64,000 bases of DNA, from positions 95,480 to 159,479 of the forward strand of contig CAZWJT010000001.1 of the NCBI GenBank assembly GCA_964634935.1. Direction: 5' to 3'. A program made the translations under genes and the position numbers. The stretch comes from an uncultured Planctomycetia bacterium. GTDB taxonomy: Bacteria > Omnitrophota > Gorgyraeia > Duberdicusellales > Duberdicusellaceae. Each line of letters starts with the position of its first letter. Position 1 is the first letter of the stretch. Below, one piece after another: positions 46,549-56,163 of this stretch. The notes beneath the pieces are model-generated. The model worked only from the letters and a program-made list of their open reading frames with translations. It did not search any database and was not told where the DNA came from.

Positions 46549-47508
46549 TTAACTTACCGCGAAATCTCTTTGAACTTGGAATTTCTTCTGAAGCACTACC
46601 TCAGAGGGTCGCGATTTCCACCGTCTATGAATCCAACCCCATTGCTCTGGATATGCCCGGATCCAACGTTCAAAAATCTTCGTGATACGGATAGCGTTTA
46701 CAAGAACAGTTTCATCCTTGTCTCCAGCCAGAAGCAATTCGTACTCTTCTTCAATATAAAGGGTATGCGTATCATCCTGATGACGAACGATAAACATCGG
46801 GATAACGGGAGATTTGGTTCTCAAGGCAAAGACAACTGGTCCCACGGGCGTAGCAGCCAGCTTTCCAAAAAAATCAACCCACACCCCTCCTGTTCCAAAA
46901 TTCTGATCCATCTGTAAAATCAAAGTTTCATTGTTCTTTAAAGCCTGTAAAGAACTAAAAACTGCTTCTTTCCGAGGATAGGAAAAAATGGTCCGTACGC
47001 CGGTCGTACTCCGAATCTGCTGCACAAAATCCCCTGCTTTTTCATCGCGCATAGGCCGGACCATTACTGCCGAAGAAAAACCTTCTGACTGTAACTTTAA
47101 CGCCATGAGAGGAAAATTCCCAAAATGAGCAGTAAGAGCAATCACTCCTTTTTTTTGGGAAAGCGCTTTTTGAAGATTCTCAAGACCAAGTATCTTCACC
47201 CTTGTCTTCAACAACGTAGGGTTGTAAACAAACGAAAGAATTTCCCAGGAAGCTGCCCCCAATACTTCGAATGATTTTCGACCGATTTCCTGAAGCCCCC
47301 TGGAATCAACCTGAGGAAAAGCAATTCTTAGACTCTCCAAAGCTATGGCTCGATGCCGACGGGCAACAAAAAAACCAACACGCCCACACCATCTTCCCAG
47401 AAAACAGCACAGATGATACGGAATGAATTTCGCAAAGAACGCGGTAAGACGCAATAAAATAAGTCCTATCTTGCGCCGCAAAAATTTGTTTTCCTCTTTT
47501 CCCATCAC
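46549..47508 (-). CDS. lysophospholipid/lipid A biosynthesis acyltransferase (LpxL/HtrB family)
   Basis: N-terminal membrane anchor, H(X)4D-like acyltransferase region (ALTAHFGNFP), and size typical of Kdo2-lipid IVA late acyltransferases. Confidence 0.65.
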   Translation of the reverse strand: MMGKEENKFLRRKIGLILLRLTAFFAKFIPYHLCCFLGRWCGRVGFFVARRHRAIALESLRIAFPQVDSRGLQEIGRKSFEVLGAASWEILSFVYNPTLLKTRVKILGLENLQKALSQKKGVIALTAHFGNFPLMALKLQSEGFSSAVMVRPMRDEKAGDFVQQIRSTTGVRTIFSYPRKEAVFSSLQALKNNETLILQMDQNFGTGGVWVDFFGKLAATPVGPVVFALRTKSPVIPMFIVRHQDDTHTLYIEEEYELLLAGDKDETVLVNAIRITKIFERWIRAYPEQWGWIHRRWKSRPSEVVLQKKFQVQRDFAVS

Positions 47509-47517
47509 TATTGATAC

Positions 47518-48000
47518 TTAAAGTTTATATCCTATTTTCCGCAGAAAATCTTTTCTCCATTGAATATCCTCCGGCGCCTCTACACCACGCGGAGCGCAAC
47601 CGTCGATAACCCCAAGAATACCCCTGCCTTGTTCGCCTTGATAAACAATTACCGACAATGGGTTTGCTGTCGCGCAGAAAACTCTGCATACCTCAGGAAT
47701 ATTTTTTATCTGGTTTAAAACACTGATCGGAAAGCCATTCTTAAGAAAAACGATAAAACTATGTCCGGCTCCTATCGCCTGGGCATTGTCAACCGCTAAT
47801 CTTTGCAATTCGGTGTCATTCCCAGCATATCGCACTAAAGCTTTTCCGGAAGCCTCACAAAACGCAATACCAAATCGCAGGTTGCTCGATGCGGTTGCAA
47901 GCGCCTCAAAAATATCTTCTATTGTTTTGATAAAATGCGCCTGGCCCAAAATCACATTCAGTTCCTCTGGTTTTTGAATTAGAACAATCTCTATCCCCAT
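47518..48000 (-). CDS. adenosine-specific kinase family protein (PF04008-like)
   Basis: 160 aa: KPEELNVILGQAHFIKTIEDIFEAL…FGIAFCEASG…GNDTEL…IGAGHSFIVFL…FPISVLNQIKNIPEVCRVFCATANP…GRGILGVIDG…EDIQWRKDFLRKIGYKL matches the conserved blocks of that family as I recall them. Confidence 0.6.
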   Translation of the reverse strand: MGIEIVLIQKPEELNVILGQAHFIKTIEDIFEALATASSNLRFGIAFCEASGKALVRYAGNDTELQRLAVDNAQAIGAGHSFIVFLKNGFPISVLNQIKNIPEVCRVFCATANPLSVIVYQGEQGRGILGVIDGCAPRGVEAPEDIQWRKDFLRKIGYKL

Positions 48001-48012
48001 GCTTATCCTCCT

Positions 48013-49536
48013 TCAAAATCCCCTGCTTGCTCGTTGCCCGAGAAAAGCGCTACCGAGAAATAAGAAAAAAATCCAGCTATCACCTATCATATTATACACA
48101 GTTTTATTATAGAATAAAGGGACTTCAAAAGAAATTACTCCCGGAACAAAAACATCTCTCGTATCCCGAATAATCTTTTGGACCACTCTGCCACGGTTTG
48201 AAATAATGCAGCTAATCCCAGAATTTGCTGAACGGACCAGAAATTTATCCTGCTCTATGGCCCGAGCCATGGCAATCCGTAAATGCTGCAAACTCTGAGG
48301 ATATCCACGAAACCAACTGTCATCAGTAATATTAATCAAAAAACCAACAGAGGAATACAAAGTTTCCCGGACAAAATCACTAAAAACATCTTCGAAGCAA
48401 ATTAAAACCGAAAAGTTTCCCTGGAGATGTTTAAAAACTGTGTATTCTTTGCCAGGCTGCATATCTCCAATGGCATTAATCACTTCAAGAAAATTAAAAA
48501 TGCTCCGGAATGGAACATATTCTCCAAACGGAACCAGCTTCATCTTTTTGTATAACTGACTCGGAGTATTTTCTGGTCCAAAAAGAATCGCGGCGTTGTA
48601 ATACCGCCCACCCTCTTTTAAAATAACCCCCCAGAGAATATTTTTGTGATACTGATCAGAGAATCGCTTTAAAACTTCCAATTCATCAACTTCCGAGGCA
48701 AAAGGATACGCTGCTTCAGGAAAAATAACAAGATCGTTTTCTGCACCCTGTAAAAGATCATGGTAAACCTGAAAAAGGGCTGTCTGGGGTAAACCATCAG
48801 CAAAAGGGGTTTTCGGCAAATTGGGTTGAATAACGCTCACTCCCAAGAAGCGCGACGGTTCTTGACGATCCCTTAAACGATAAACACCGTACAGCAAAGC
48901 GGCCGCGAGGCAAACCCCGAAACTAAAAACCGCAAAAAACTGTCGAATCGTCTTCTTTGATGCTATGCAATCGGAAATAACAACATTGGCAAGAACAATG
49001 AGAAAAGAAATACCCTTGACGCCAAACAAACTTGATAATTGCATCAGCGCTTCGTTCTCGGATTGTGTATAACCGAGATAATTCCAGCCAAACCCCCCAA
49101 ATATAATCCCTTCTAGGTATTCTAAAAAAACCCACAGGGCAGGAATATAAATAAACTTTATGCCGTTCAATCTCTGCAGACCACGGATGCAAACTCCAAA
49201 AATACCCCAGTAGAGTGCCAAGTAAGCAACTAAAAAAACGTAGCCTAGTTTCGTGACAAAGCTCACCCAGAAAAGCGCAATGCCATTCGTCAGAAATCCG
49301 GCAAGATAAAAAAGAAGGAAGATTCTCCCCGGGCTTGAATACCCAGCAAGAATAAAAAAAATACCCAATGAAATCCAGGGAAGAAACCAAAAGTCCACAA
49401 AACAAAATGAAATCCCCAGTGCTATTGCAGAAAAAAATCCAGCTACAAGAAGAACTGCGGGCAGTTTCGGGTATGACTCAATTCTGCCCACAGCATCTCT
49501 TGTATTTTTTCCCGCTTCCGCAAGGACACGGTTCAT
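48013..49536 (-). CDS. lnt: apolipoprotein N-acyltransferase Lnt
   Basis: N-terminal polytopic membrane domain, C-terminal CN-hydrolase domain (…VIQPNLP…, …VIFPEAAYPF…, catalytic Cys context VLICFEDVF). The annotated 5' end overlaps the secA 3' end by about 59 nt, so the true start may be downstream at a non-ATG codon. Confidence 0.75.
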   Translation of the reverse strand: MNRVLAEAGKNTRDAVGRIESYPKLPAVLLVAGFFSAIALGISFCFVDFWFLPWISLGIFFILAGYSSPGRIFLLFYLAGFLTNGIALFWVSFVTKLGYVFLVAYLALYWGIFGVCIRGLQRLNGIKFIYIPALWVFLEYLEGIIFGGFGWNYLGYTQSENEALMQLSSLFGVKGISFLIVLANVVISDCIASKKTIRQFFAVFSFGVCLAAALLYGVYRLRDRQEPSRFLGVSVIQPNLPKTPFADGLPQTALFQVYHDLLQGAENDLVIFPEAAYPFASEVDELEVLKRFSDQYHKNILWGVILKEGGRYYNAAILFGPENTPSQLYKKMKLVPFGEYVPFRSIFNFLEVINAIGDMQPGKEYTVFKHLQGNFSVLICFEDVFSDFVRETLYSSVGFLINITDDSWFRGYPQSLQHLRIAMARAIEQDKFLVRSANSGISCIISNRGRVVQKIIRDTRDVFVPGVISFEVPLFYNKTVYNMIGDSWIFFLFLGSAFLGQRASRGF

Positions 49537-52309
49537 TCCTTCCTATTTTGTCCTGCTTCGTGTTTGGAGCAGAAGAACGATTTTTCTGAGGAGTCTTTGC
49601 TGGCTGTGAGTCACGAAAAGAAGAAAACTCGCGGTGTTCGTGGGCATGAGGAGAAAATACGCTACGCACCTCCATGTTCCCGTCACGGATTTCAATCCGG
49701 AATAAAATTTCTACAATCGACTGTTTTGCTGACTCCATCATTTCAACGAACAATTCATACGCACGATGCTGATATTCAATCAATGGATTCTTTTGGGCAT
49801 ATGCTTGCCAATGAATACCCTCACGGATTTCATCAAGATTACGTAAATGCTCTTTCCAGCGGGAGTCGATAGTTTGTAGATAAATCATGCGCGCCATACG
49901 CAGCATAGACTCTGCGCCAAATTTTTTCTGCCGTTCGGAGTATAAAGCGCGCATCTCAACATCAAAAAGTTCTTCGATCTCATCGAAAGTCTTATCCTTT
50001 AGTGCCTCAACGCTGACAACCTTGCCAAAGGTGTGTTTGTACCACTCAAGAATCCCCACAGCCTGATTTTCGATGTCGGTAATACCTCCTTGAAAAGTCT
50101 CATGGGTAAAACGAGAAACCGCTTCCGAACAAAGATCGAGTATCTCTTCGTGTGTAATATTGCCCTCGAGGATTGCCCTTCTCTTGGCATACACTACGGT
50201 TCTCTGCTTGTTCATCACATCATCATATTCAAGTAGATGCTTCCGTAGTTCAAAGTTATGCGATTCTACCCTTTTCTGTGCGATTTCGATAGTGCGATTT
50301 ATCATTCCATGTTCAATTGGTTCATCTTCAGGAAATTTAAATCGCTCCATGATAAAGGAAATACGTTCTGATCCGAATAACCGCATCAAATCATCCTCCA
50401 GAGAGATATAGAAACGAGAAGAACCAGGATCGCCTTGCCTGCCAGAACGTCCGCGCAGCTGGTTATCAATACGCCGAGCTTCATGGCGCTCGGTTCCGAT
50501 TACATGCAAACCTCCAAGCGCAACAACCTTCTCATGGTCTTGTTGAAATTGTTTTTTATATTGCTCAATAAGCCTTTCCTTTTCTGATGGCTGCAACTCT
50601 CCCTGTTGAACGATGCTTTTCAGCATAAAATCGATATTGCCACCAAGAATAATATCCGTTCCTCGCCCAGCCATATTGGTTGCAATGGTAACCTGACCCA
50701 CTCTGCCTGCTTGGGCAACGATATGGGCTTCCTGTTCGTGATGTTTCGCATTTAAGACATTATGCGGAATCCCTTTTTTCTGCAGCAAGAACGATAGTTC
50801 CTCGGAATTTTCAATCGAAGTTGTTCCAACAAGAACAGGCCGTCCGGATGCAAAGAGTTGTTCGATTTCTTTTACTACTGCAGCAAATTTAATCTTTTTT
50901 GTTTTGTAAATCTGATCGGCGAAATTTTTTCTCTGGAGCGTCCTATTAGTGGGGATAGAAACAACGCCCAATTTATAAATGTGTTTAAACTCAACGGCTT
51001 CGGTATAAGCGGTTCCTGTCATTCCAGAAAGCTTTTTATACATTTTAAAGTAATTTTGCAAAGTGATCGTTGCCAGAGTTTGGGTTTCCTCTTGGATCGT
51101 AAGCCCTTCCTTTGCCTCAACAGCTTGATGCAAACCATCTGACCAGCGTCGGCCAGGCATAAGCCTGCCGGTAAATTCATCAACGATAATCACTTGACCT
51201 TCTTTCACAATGTATTCTTTATCACGGTGGAAAAACTCCTTGGCGCGCAATGATTGACGAATATGATGAGGCCATTCTGCTTGCACATCCTGATAAAGGT
51301 CCCCCACCCCCAAAAGCTCTTCACATTTTTTTAAGCCCCTATCAGTCAAAGTAACGCTTTGGGTTTTCTCATCAGCCAAGTAATCAGTGTCTTTTTCAAG
51401 ATCTACCCCTTTGTATTTCGCATCGATTTCATCTTTTTCAAGAATACGCTTTCCTTGCAGTTTACGGGCAACCTTTTCCGCGACATAGTATTTATCCGTT
51501 GATTCATCTGAAGGTCCAGAGATAATCAGCGGAGTCCTTGCTTCATCAACAAGAATAGAATCTACTTCATCAACAATCGCATAAAAATAACCTCGCTGGA
51601 CAAGTTGATCAAGAGCAATAGCCATGTTATCCCGTAAGTAATCAAAACCAAACTCATTATTTGTTCCATAGGTGATATCTGCGGCATAAGCTGCGCGTCT
51701 TTCCCGAAACGGCATAAAACTTTGAATGACGCCGACGGAAAGACCTAAAAATTCATAGATTGGACCCATCCATTCCCGGTCACGCCGGGCAAGATAATCA
51801 TTCACGGTAACAACATGCACACCTTTCTTGACCAAAGCATTCAAATAGGCTGGAAGTGTCGCGACAAGTGTCTTTCCTTCGCCAGTAGCCATCTCAGCAA
51901 TATTGCATTTATGCAGGATGATTCCGCCGAGTATCTGTGAATCAAAATGACGCATTCCGGTAACGCGGCGGGCTGCTTCCCTCACCATCGCAAAAGCTTC
52001 AGGCAAAATTTCGTCCAACACCTTCTCTCGCTCCTGCGCATCGTCGTCATGAATCTGAGCCATCTTTTGAGCAATGATTTCAACAAGCTCCAAAGTTCTC
52101 TGCGGAAAGAAACTATCCGGCTTCTCCTGTAAGGCAGTCTCAAGAAGATTCACTTTCCCCACGAAAGGAGCGTATTCAACGATCTGTCGCATTGACTCAA
52201 GCGGCAGATCATCAGATAAACCAATCTGCAGTTCTGGATGAATCCGCTGGATTTTCCGCTGAAAATGGTGATACGAAAAACCAAATATCTTTTTTAAATT
52301 TTTAAACAT
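49478..52309 (-). CDS. secA: preprotein translocase ATPase SecA
   Basis: 943 aa. Walker A MATGEGKTLVATLP, DEVD (DEAD-like) motor, preprotein cross-linking and scaffold domains, and a C-terminal zinc finger CPCGSGKKYKRCCG. Confidence 0.95.
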   Translation of the reverse strand: MFKNLKKIFGFSYHHFQRKIQRIHPELQIGLSDDLPLESMRQIVEYAPFVGKVNLLETALQEKPDSFFPQRTLELVEIIAQKMAQIHDDDAQEREKVLDEILPEAFAMVREAARRVTGMRHFDSQILGGIILHKCNIAEMATGEGKTLVATLPAYLNALVKKGVHVVTVNDYLARRDREWMGPIYEFLGLSVGVIQSFMPFRERRAAYAADITYGTNNEFGFDYLRDNMAIALDQLVQRGYFYAIVDEVDSILVDEARTPLIISGPSDESTDKYYVAEKVARKLQGKRILEKDEIDAKYKGVDLEKDTDYLADEKTQSVTLTDRGLKKCEELLGVGDLYQDVQAEWPHHIRQSLRAKEFFHRDKEYIVKEGQVIIVDEFTGRLMPGRRWSDGLHQAVEAKEGLTIQEETQTLATITLQNYFKMYKKLSGMTGTAYTEAVEFKHIYKLGVVSIPTNRTLQRKNFADQIYKTKKIKFAAVVKEIEQLFASGRPVLVGTTSIENSEELSFLLQKKGIPHNVLNAKHHEQEAHIVAQAGRVGQVTIATNMAGRGTDIILGGNIDFMLKSIVQQGELQPSEKERLIEQYKKQFQQDHEKVVALGGLHVIGTERHEARRIDNQLRGRSGRQGDPGSSRFYISLEDDLMRLFGSERISFIMERFKFPEDEPIEHGMINRTIEIAQKRVESHNFELRKHLLEYDDVMNKQRTVVYAKRRAILEGNITHEEILDLCSEAVSRFTHETFQGGITDIENQAVGILEWYKHTFGKVVSVEALKDKTFDEIEELFDVEMRALYSERQKKFGAESMLRMARMIYLQTIDSRWKEHLRNLDEIREGIHWQAYAQKNPLIEYQHRAYELFVEMMESAKQSIVEILFRIEIRDGNMEVRSVFSPHAHEHREFSSFRDSQPAKTPQKNRSSAPNTKQDKIGRNEPCPCGSGKKYKRCCGQN

Positions 52310-52312
52310 GGC

Positions 52313-53405
52313 CTACCCGTTCTTTACTGTCCGTAAGTACCCGTTGATAAACTGATCTAAATCTCCATCTAGAACCTTCAAGGCATCACTCGTCTCTAAG
52401 TCAGTCCGATGGTCCTTTACCAGAAGATAGGGATGAAGCACATAAGAACGGATTTGAGAACCCCACTCGATCTTATCTTTACTCCCCCCAAGTTGTTCAA
52501 TCTCGCGTTTCTGTTCATCTACCATTTTCTTATATAATCGTGACTTAAGAATCGCCATGGCAACCTGCTTATTCTGATACTGGGATCTCTCATTCTGACA
52601 CGCCGAGATTATCCCTGTCGGAATATGAATAATCCGTACTGCCGATTCAATCTTGTTGACATTCTGCCCGCCGTGTCCACCAGCACGGAACGTCTCGATG
52701 CGTAAATCATCTGGATTGATCGCTACTTCCACTTCTTCGCCAACCTGAGGAATAACGTCAACAGAAGCAAACGAAGTATGCCGGCGTTTGTTCGCATCAA
52801 AAGGAGAAATCCGGACTAAGCGGTGCACTCCTCGTTCAGCTTTTAAATATCCGTAGGCATACTGCCCTTCGACTAAAAAAGTAATGTTTTTAATACCTGC
52901 TTCTTCTCCTTCGAGAATGTCTGTCACCTTTAGAGTAAAATCTTTTTTCTCGACCCAACGACCATACATCCGAAACAGCATGCTCGACCAGTCGCACGCC
53001 TCAGTTCCACCTGCGCCTGCATTAATACTTACAATCGCAGAGTTCCGGTCAAATTTATCCGAAAGGGTGACGCGCAGTTCAAAACTATCAAGCTGAACAG
53101 TGAGGGTTTGTAGTTCTTGCTCCAAATCCCGAAGAAACTCTGGCTCATCAGCAGAAAAAGCAAGGAGTTCCCCTAAATCATTTATTTTGCACGAAAGCTC
53201 CTGCCAACTGTCAAATTTTTCCTTAAGCTCCTTTAGCTCCGAAATAACCTTCTTGCTTTGTTCGCGGTTATCCCAGAACCCTTCCTGGTTCATCAAATCC
53301 TGTAACTTCTCTTTCTGGCTCTTGCATTTTTCAACGTCAAAGAAAGTCTCCCAATTCTTTGATCTTAGCAAGTAACTTTTGCTGCATACGCGTTAAATCT
53401 TCCAT
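52313..53405 (-). CDS. prfB: peptide chain release factor 2 (RF2) with programmed +1 ribosomal frameshift
   Basis: GGQ motif ([12 protein letters not shown]). The frame-0 start is ATG at 53405, encoding [22 protein letters not shown] and then TGA. The CTT TGA C slippery site lies at about 53333-53339, preceded by the SD-like GGGAGA. The +1 frame continues [11 protein letters not shown]…, matching the 352-aa ORF. Confidence 0.9.
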
Positions 53406-53454
53406 ACTACACTCCTCTGTTGATTGAATAGCATATTCTTTTACGCGAGAACAC

Positions 53455-54516
53455 TTAGATAGTCTGAAGCCGCATCTGTAATTCTTCCTTCTTGTCGGTA
53501 AACTGTAACGCTGTTTCCGTGCTGATTACCGAACTCTTCACCAAACGAAGGAGTGTCTGCTCAAAACTCACCATACCATAGATATCACCTTCTTCAATAT
53601 ACCGAGGAATCTCCCAGATTTTTCCTTCGCGGATTAAGCGTGAAACGCTCGGGCTTAACACCATTACCTCATAGGCAGGAACCAAACCAGCCCCCTTTTT
53701 TTTCGGAACCAAACGCTGAGAAACAACGCCCTTTAAAAGCTGAGAAAGCTGCATTAAAACCTGCGAATGTTGATGCGGGAGAAAATAACTTAAGATGCGC
53801 TCCACTGATTGCGGAGCGTTCACCGTGTGCAACGTAGAAAGAACCAGCACTCCAGTCTCAGCGGCGGTTAACGCTGCTTTCATTGTCTCTTCATCTCGGA
53901 TCTGCCCGATAAAAATCACATCAGGAGAATGCAACGCAAATTGACGAAGCGCGTCAGCGTAACTACGCACATCTTTACCAACCTCACGCTGGTTAATGAT
54001 TGAGTTTTTGTCTTTAAAAGTAAATTCTATCGGCTCTTCAATAGAAAGGATATGCTTTTTGAAGTTTTTATTGATGTATTCGATCATCGAAGCAATGGTT
54101 GTCGATTTACCGCTGCCGGTAGTCCCCGTAAGCAGCACTAAACCTCTTTTCTGTTCACAAAGCGCCTGGAGGGCTGTTCCTGGCAACAGCAATTCATCAA
54201 AAGTTGAAATACGCAGATCGATTTTCCTGATGACAATCGAAGGAGTACCCCGTTGGTAAAAAACGCTGATCCTCAGCCGGATATCCCCGCCAAACCAGAT
54301 TGCCCCCTCATAACCACGTTGCTGCTCAAGCACGGGGCGATCTTGCTCTATAACAACCTCACGAAGAATTTCGTCCATCATTTCCGCAGAAATCACTTCC
54401 ATCATCAGCGGAACGACCTCTCCATATACCCGGGCTAACGGAACAGCATTGAGACGCAAGAATAAATCGGAAGCTTCCATCTTGATCATGCGTTCCACGT
54501 ACTTAGCAAGTGTCAT
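53455..54516 (-). CDS. pilT: type IV pilus retraction ATPase PilT
   Basis: Walker A GTTGSGKST, Asp box IEEPIEF, Walker B/His box (DVIFIGQIRDEET…LVLSTLHT). 353 aa. Confidence 0.85.
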   Translation of the reverse strand: MTLAKYVERMIKMEASDLFLRLNAVPLARVYGEVVPLMMEVISAEMMDEILREVVIEQDRPVLEQQRGYEGAIWFGGDIRLRISVFYQRGTPSIVIRKIDLRISTFDELLLPGTALQALCEQKRGLVLLTGTTGSGKSTTIASMIEYINKNFKKHILSIEEPIEFTFKDKNSIINQREVGKDVRSYADALRQFALHSPDVIFIGQIRDEETMKAALTAAETGVLVLSTLHTVNAPQSVERILSYFLPHQHSQVLMQLSQLLKGVVSQRLVPKKKGAGLVPAYEVMVLSPSVSRLIREGKIWEIPRYIEEGDIYGMVSFEQTLLRLVKSSVISTETALQFTDKKEELQMRLQTI

Positions 54517-54591
54517 ATATTACTCCCTCCCTTATCCTATCGTACCAGAATCTTCATCCGCTCTATGCCCTTAGGAAAATAGGAATCATAG

Positions 54592-54903
54592 CTATTGTAA
54601 CATATCTTTGATTTTTTTCTCTAGTTTTATTAGTCGAGCTTTATAACGCAGGCCCAAGGCGTACCGACCGTAGCCGTTTGCAGATGGAACTACTCGATGA
54701 CAGGGAATAAAAAACAGGAAAGGATTTTTTCTGAGAACAGTACCAACGGCCCGCTGTGCATGAGGATATTTTATTTTTTGCGCAACCCACGCATACGTAC
54801 GTACCTCGCCCAAGGGAATCGAGAGCACGCAACGCAAAACTTTTTTCTCGAATGCAGTGAAAAACAGCAATCTTTTCTTATTGCGCACACGGCTGAACTT
54901 CAT
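54592..54903 (-). CDS. ogt: methylated-DNA--protein-cysteine methyltransferase (Ogt/MGMT), short catalytic-domain-only form
   Basis: …VRTYAWVAQKI…RAVGTVLRKNPFLFFIPCHRVV… (PCHRV active site). 103 aa. Confidence 0.65.
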   Translation of the reverse strand: MKFSRVRNKKRLLFFTAFEKKVLRCVLSIPLGEVRTYAWVAQKIKYPHAQRAVGTVLRKNPFLFFIPCHRVVPSANGYGRYALGLRYKARLIKLEKKIKDMLQ

Positions 54904-54906
54904 AAG

Positions 54907-56163
54907 CTATACTGTCTTCTTTTCCCGTGCTGCATGTATCCTGCCTTGCCGGAGTAAAAGATGATACCGATGCGCGAAACGATGGGCTTCATCTCGCACC
55001 CTTTGAATGATCCGCAAAGCTCCCGGGCTGCCGGAAACACGGACTATCTTGCCTTGCATAATTCTATAAAGCTCCTCTTTACGCTTGGCAATGCTCACTA
55101 ATGCCAATGATTCCAAACCTAAAAGGCGCAATTGCAGTAGCACCGCTGAAAGCTGGGCAGAACCCCCATCAATAATCAAAAGATCGGGTAATTTCCTTGC
55201 CTCAAGCAGCATCCGCTGATAGCGCCGCCGAACCACTTCAGAAATAGCCCCATAATCGTCGTTCTTCTTCGCGCCTTTGATACGGAATCTTCTATATTCT
55301 GACCTTTCCGGAACCCCATTACGAAATACAACAATAGAACCAACAGAATAAAATCCTGAAATATGAGAAATATCAACCCCTTCAATATGCGCAGGCATCT
55401 GGCTTAACCCCAAAACCTCCTTTAACGCAAGAAGTTCGGCAAATTCCCGACATGCTCCATAGAGGTTCGCCAAGGAAAAGTATCGGTCACGCAACAAAGC
55501 GGCCTTTTCAAATTTTAGATTCTTCGATGCCTCAAGAAGAGAAGATTCTAAGCCAGTGAGCAACTCCTTACGCTCACCCTTTAGAATACAAGTTATGCCC
55601 TGAATGGTAACGGCATAATCCCGTTGCGATAACATGCCAGCGCAAACTCCCGGACACAAATGGAGATGATAGTATAGACACGGTTTCTGCGGGAATCGCC
55701 GACAAGAACGAAACGGAAAAATCTTCCGAATAATCTTAAGGGCATCTCGCAATAAACCGCTGTTTGGATAGGGGCCAAAATAAACACTTCCTGGATTATC
55801 AGGAGGCCTCCGCACAATCCGCATGAAAGGAAAATTGTCATCGCTGATTTCAATCCAAGGAAAACTCTTGTCATCCTTTAATGCGGTATTGTAGCGGGGA
55901 GCTTCTTCCTTGATCAAAGCGCGCTCAAGAAGAAACGCCTGGGCTTCAGTATCGCAAACGAGGTAATCGATTTTTTGCACCGAGGTAAAAAAATTTTCTT
56001 TGAGAGGAGAAGAATTTTGTCTCTGAAAATAGGAAAGAACCCTCTTCCGAAGCGATGCAGCTTTCCCGATATACAGAATAATTCCGGAATCATCATACAT
56101 CCGATATACTCCGGGCGTATCCGGAAATAGCTTTACGTTTTGGTAGAGCCTTTCTTGATTCAT
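54907..56163 (-). CDS. uvrC: excinuclease ABC subunit C (UvrC) homolog lacking the C-terminal HhH domain
   Basis: N-terminal GIY-YIG (PGVYRMYDDSGIILYIGKAASLRKR), UVR domain (FEKAALLRDRYFSL), RNase-H-like endonuclease domain (IEGVDISHISG…LLIIDGGSAQL…RDEAHRFA). The protein ends at 418 aa without the HhH2 pair. Confidence 0.75.
   Translation of the reverse strand: MNQERLYQNVKLFPDTPGVYRMYDDSGIILYIGKAASLRKRVLSYFQRQNSSPLKENFFTSVQKIDYLVCDTEAQAFLLERALIKEEAPRYNTALKDDKSFPWIEISDDNFPFMRIVRRPPDNPGSVYFGPYPNSGLLRDALKIIRKIFPFRSCRRFPQKPCLYYHLHLCPGVCAGMLSQRDYAVTIQGITCILKGERKELLTGLESSLLEASKNLKFEKAALLRDRYFSLANLYGACREFAELLALKEVLGLSQMPAHIEGVDISHISGFYSVGSIVVFRNGVPERSEYRRFRIKGAKKNDDYGAISEVVRRRYQRMLLEARKLPDLLIIDGGSAQLSAVLLQLRLLGLESLALVSIAKRKEELYRIMQGKIVRVSGSPGALRIIQRVRDEAHRFAHRYHLLLRQGRIHAAREKKTV

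Noticed and set aside
49478-49536. 59-nt lnt/secA overlap read as a frameshift or fusion.
   Set aside because: Both reading frames are intact and the proteins are full length. More likely lnt initiates at a downstream non-ATG codon, so this was not elevated to a finding.
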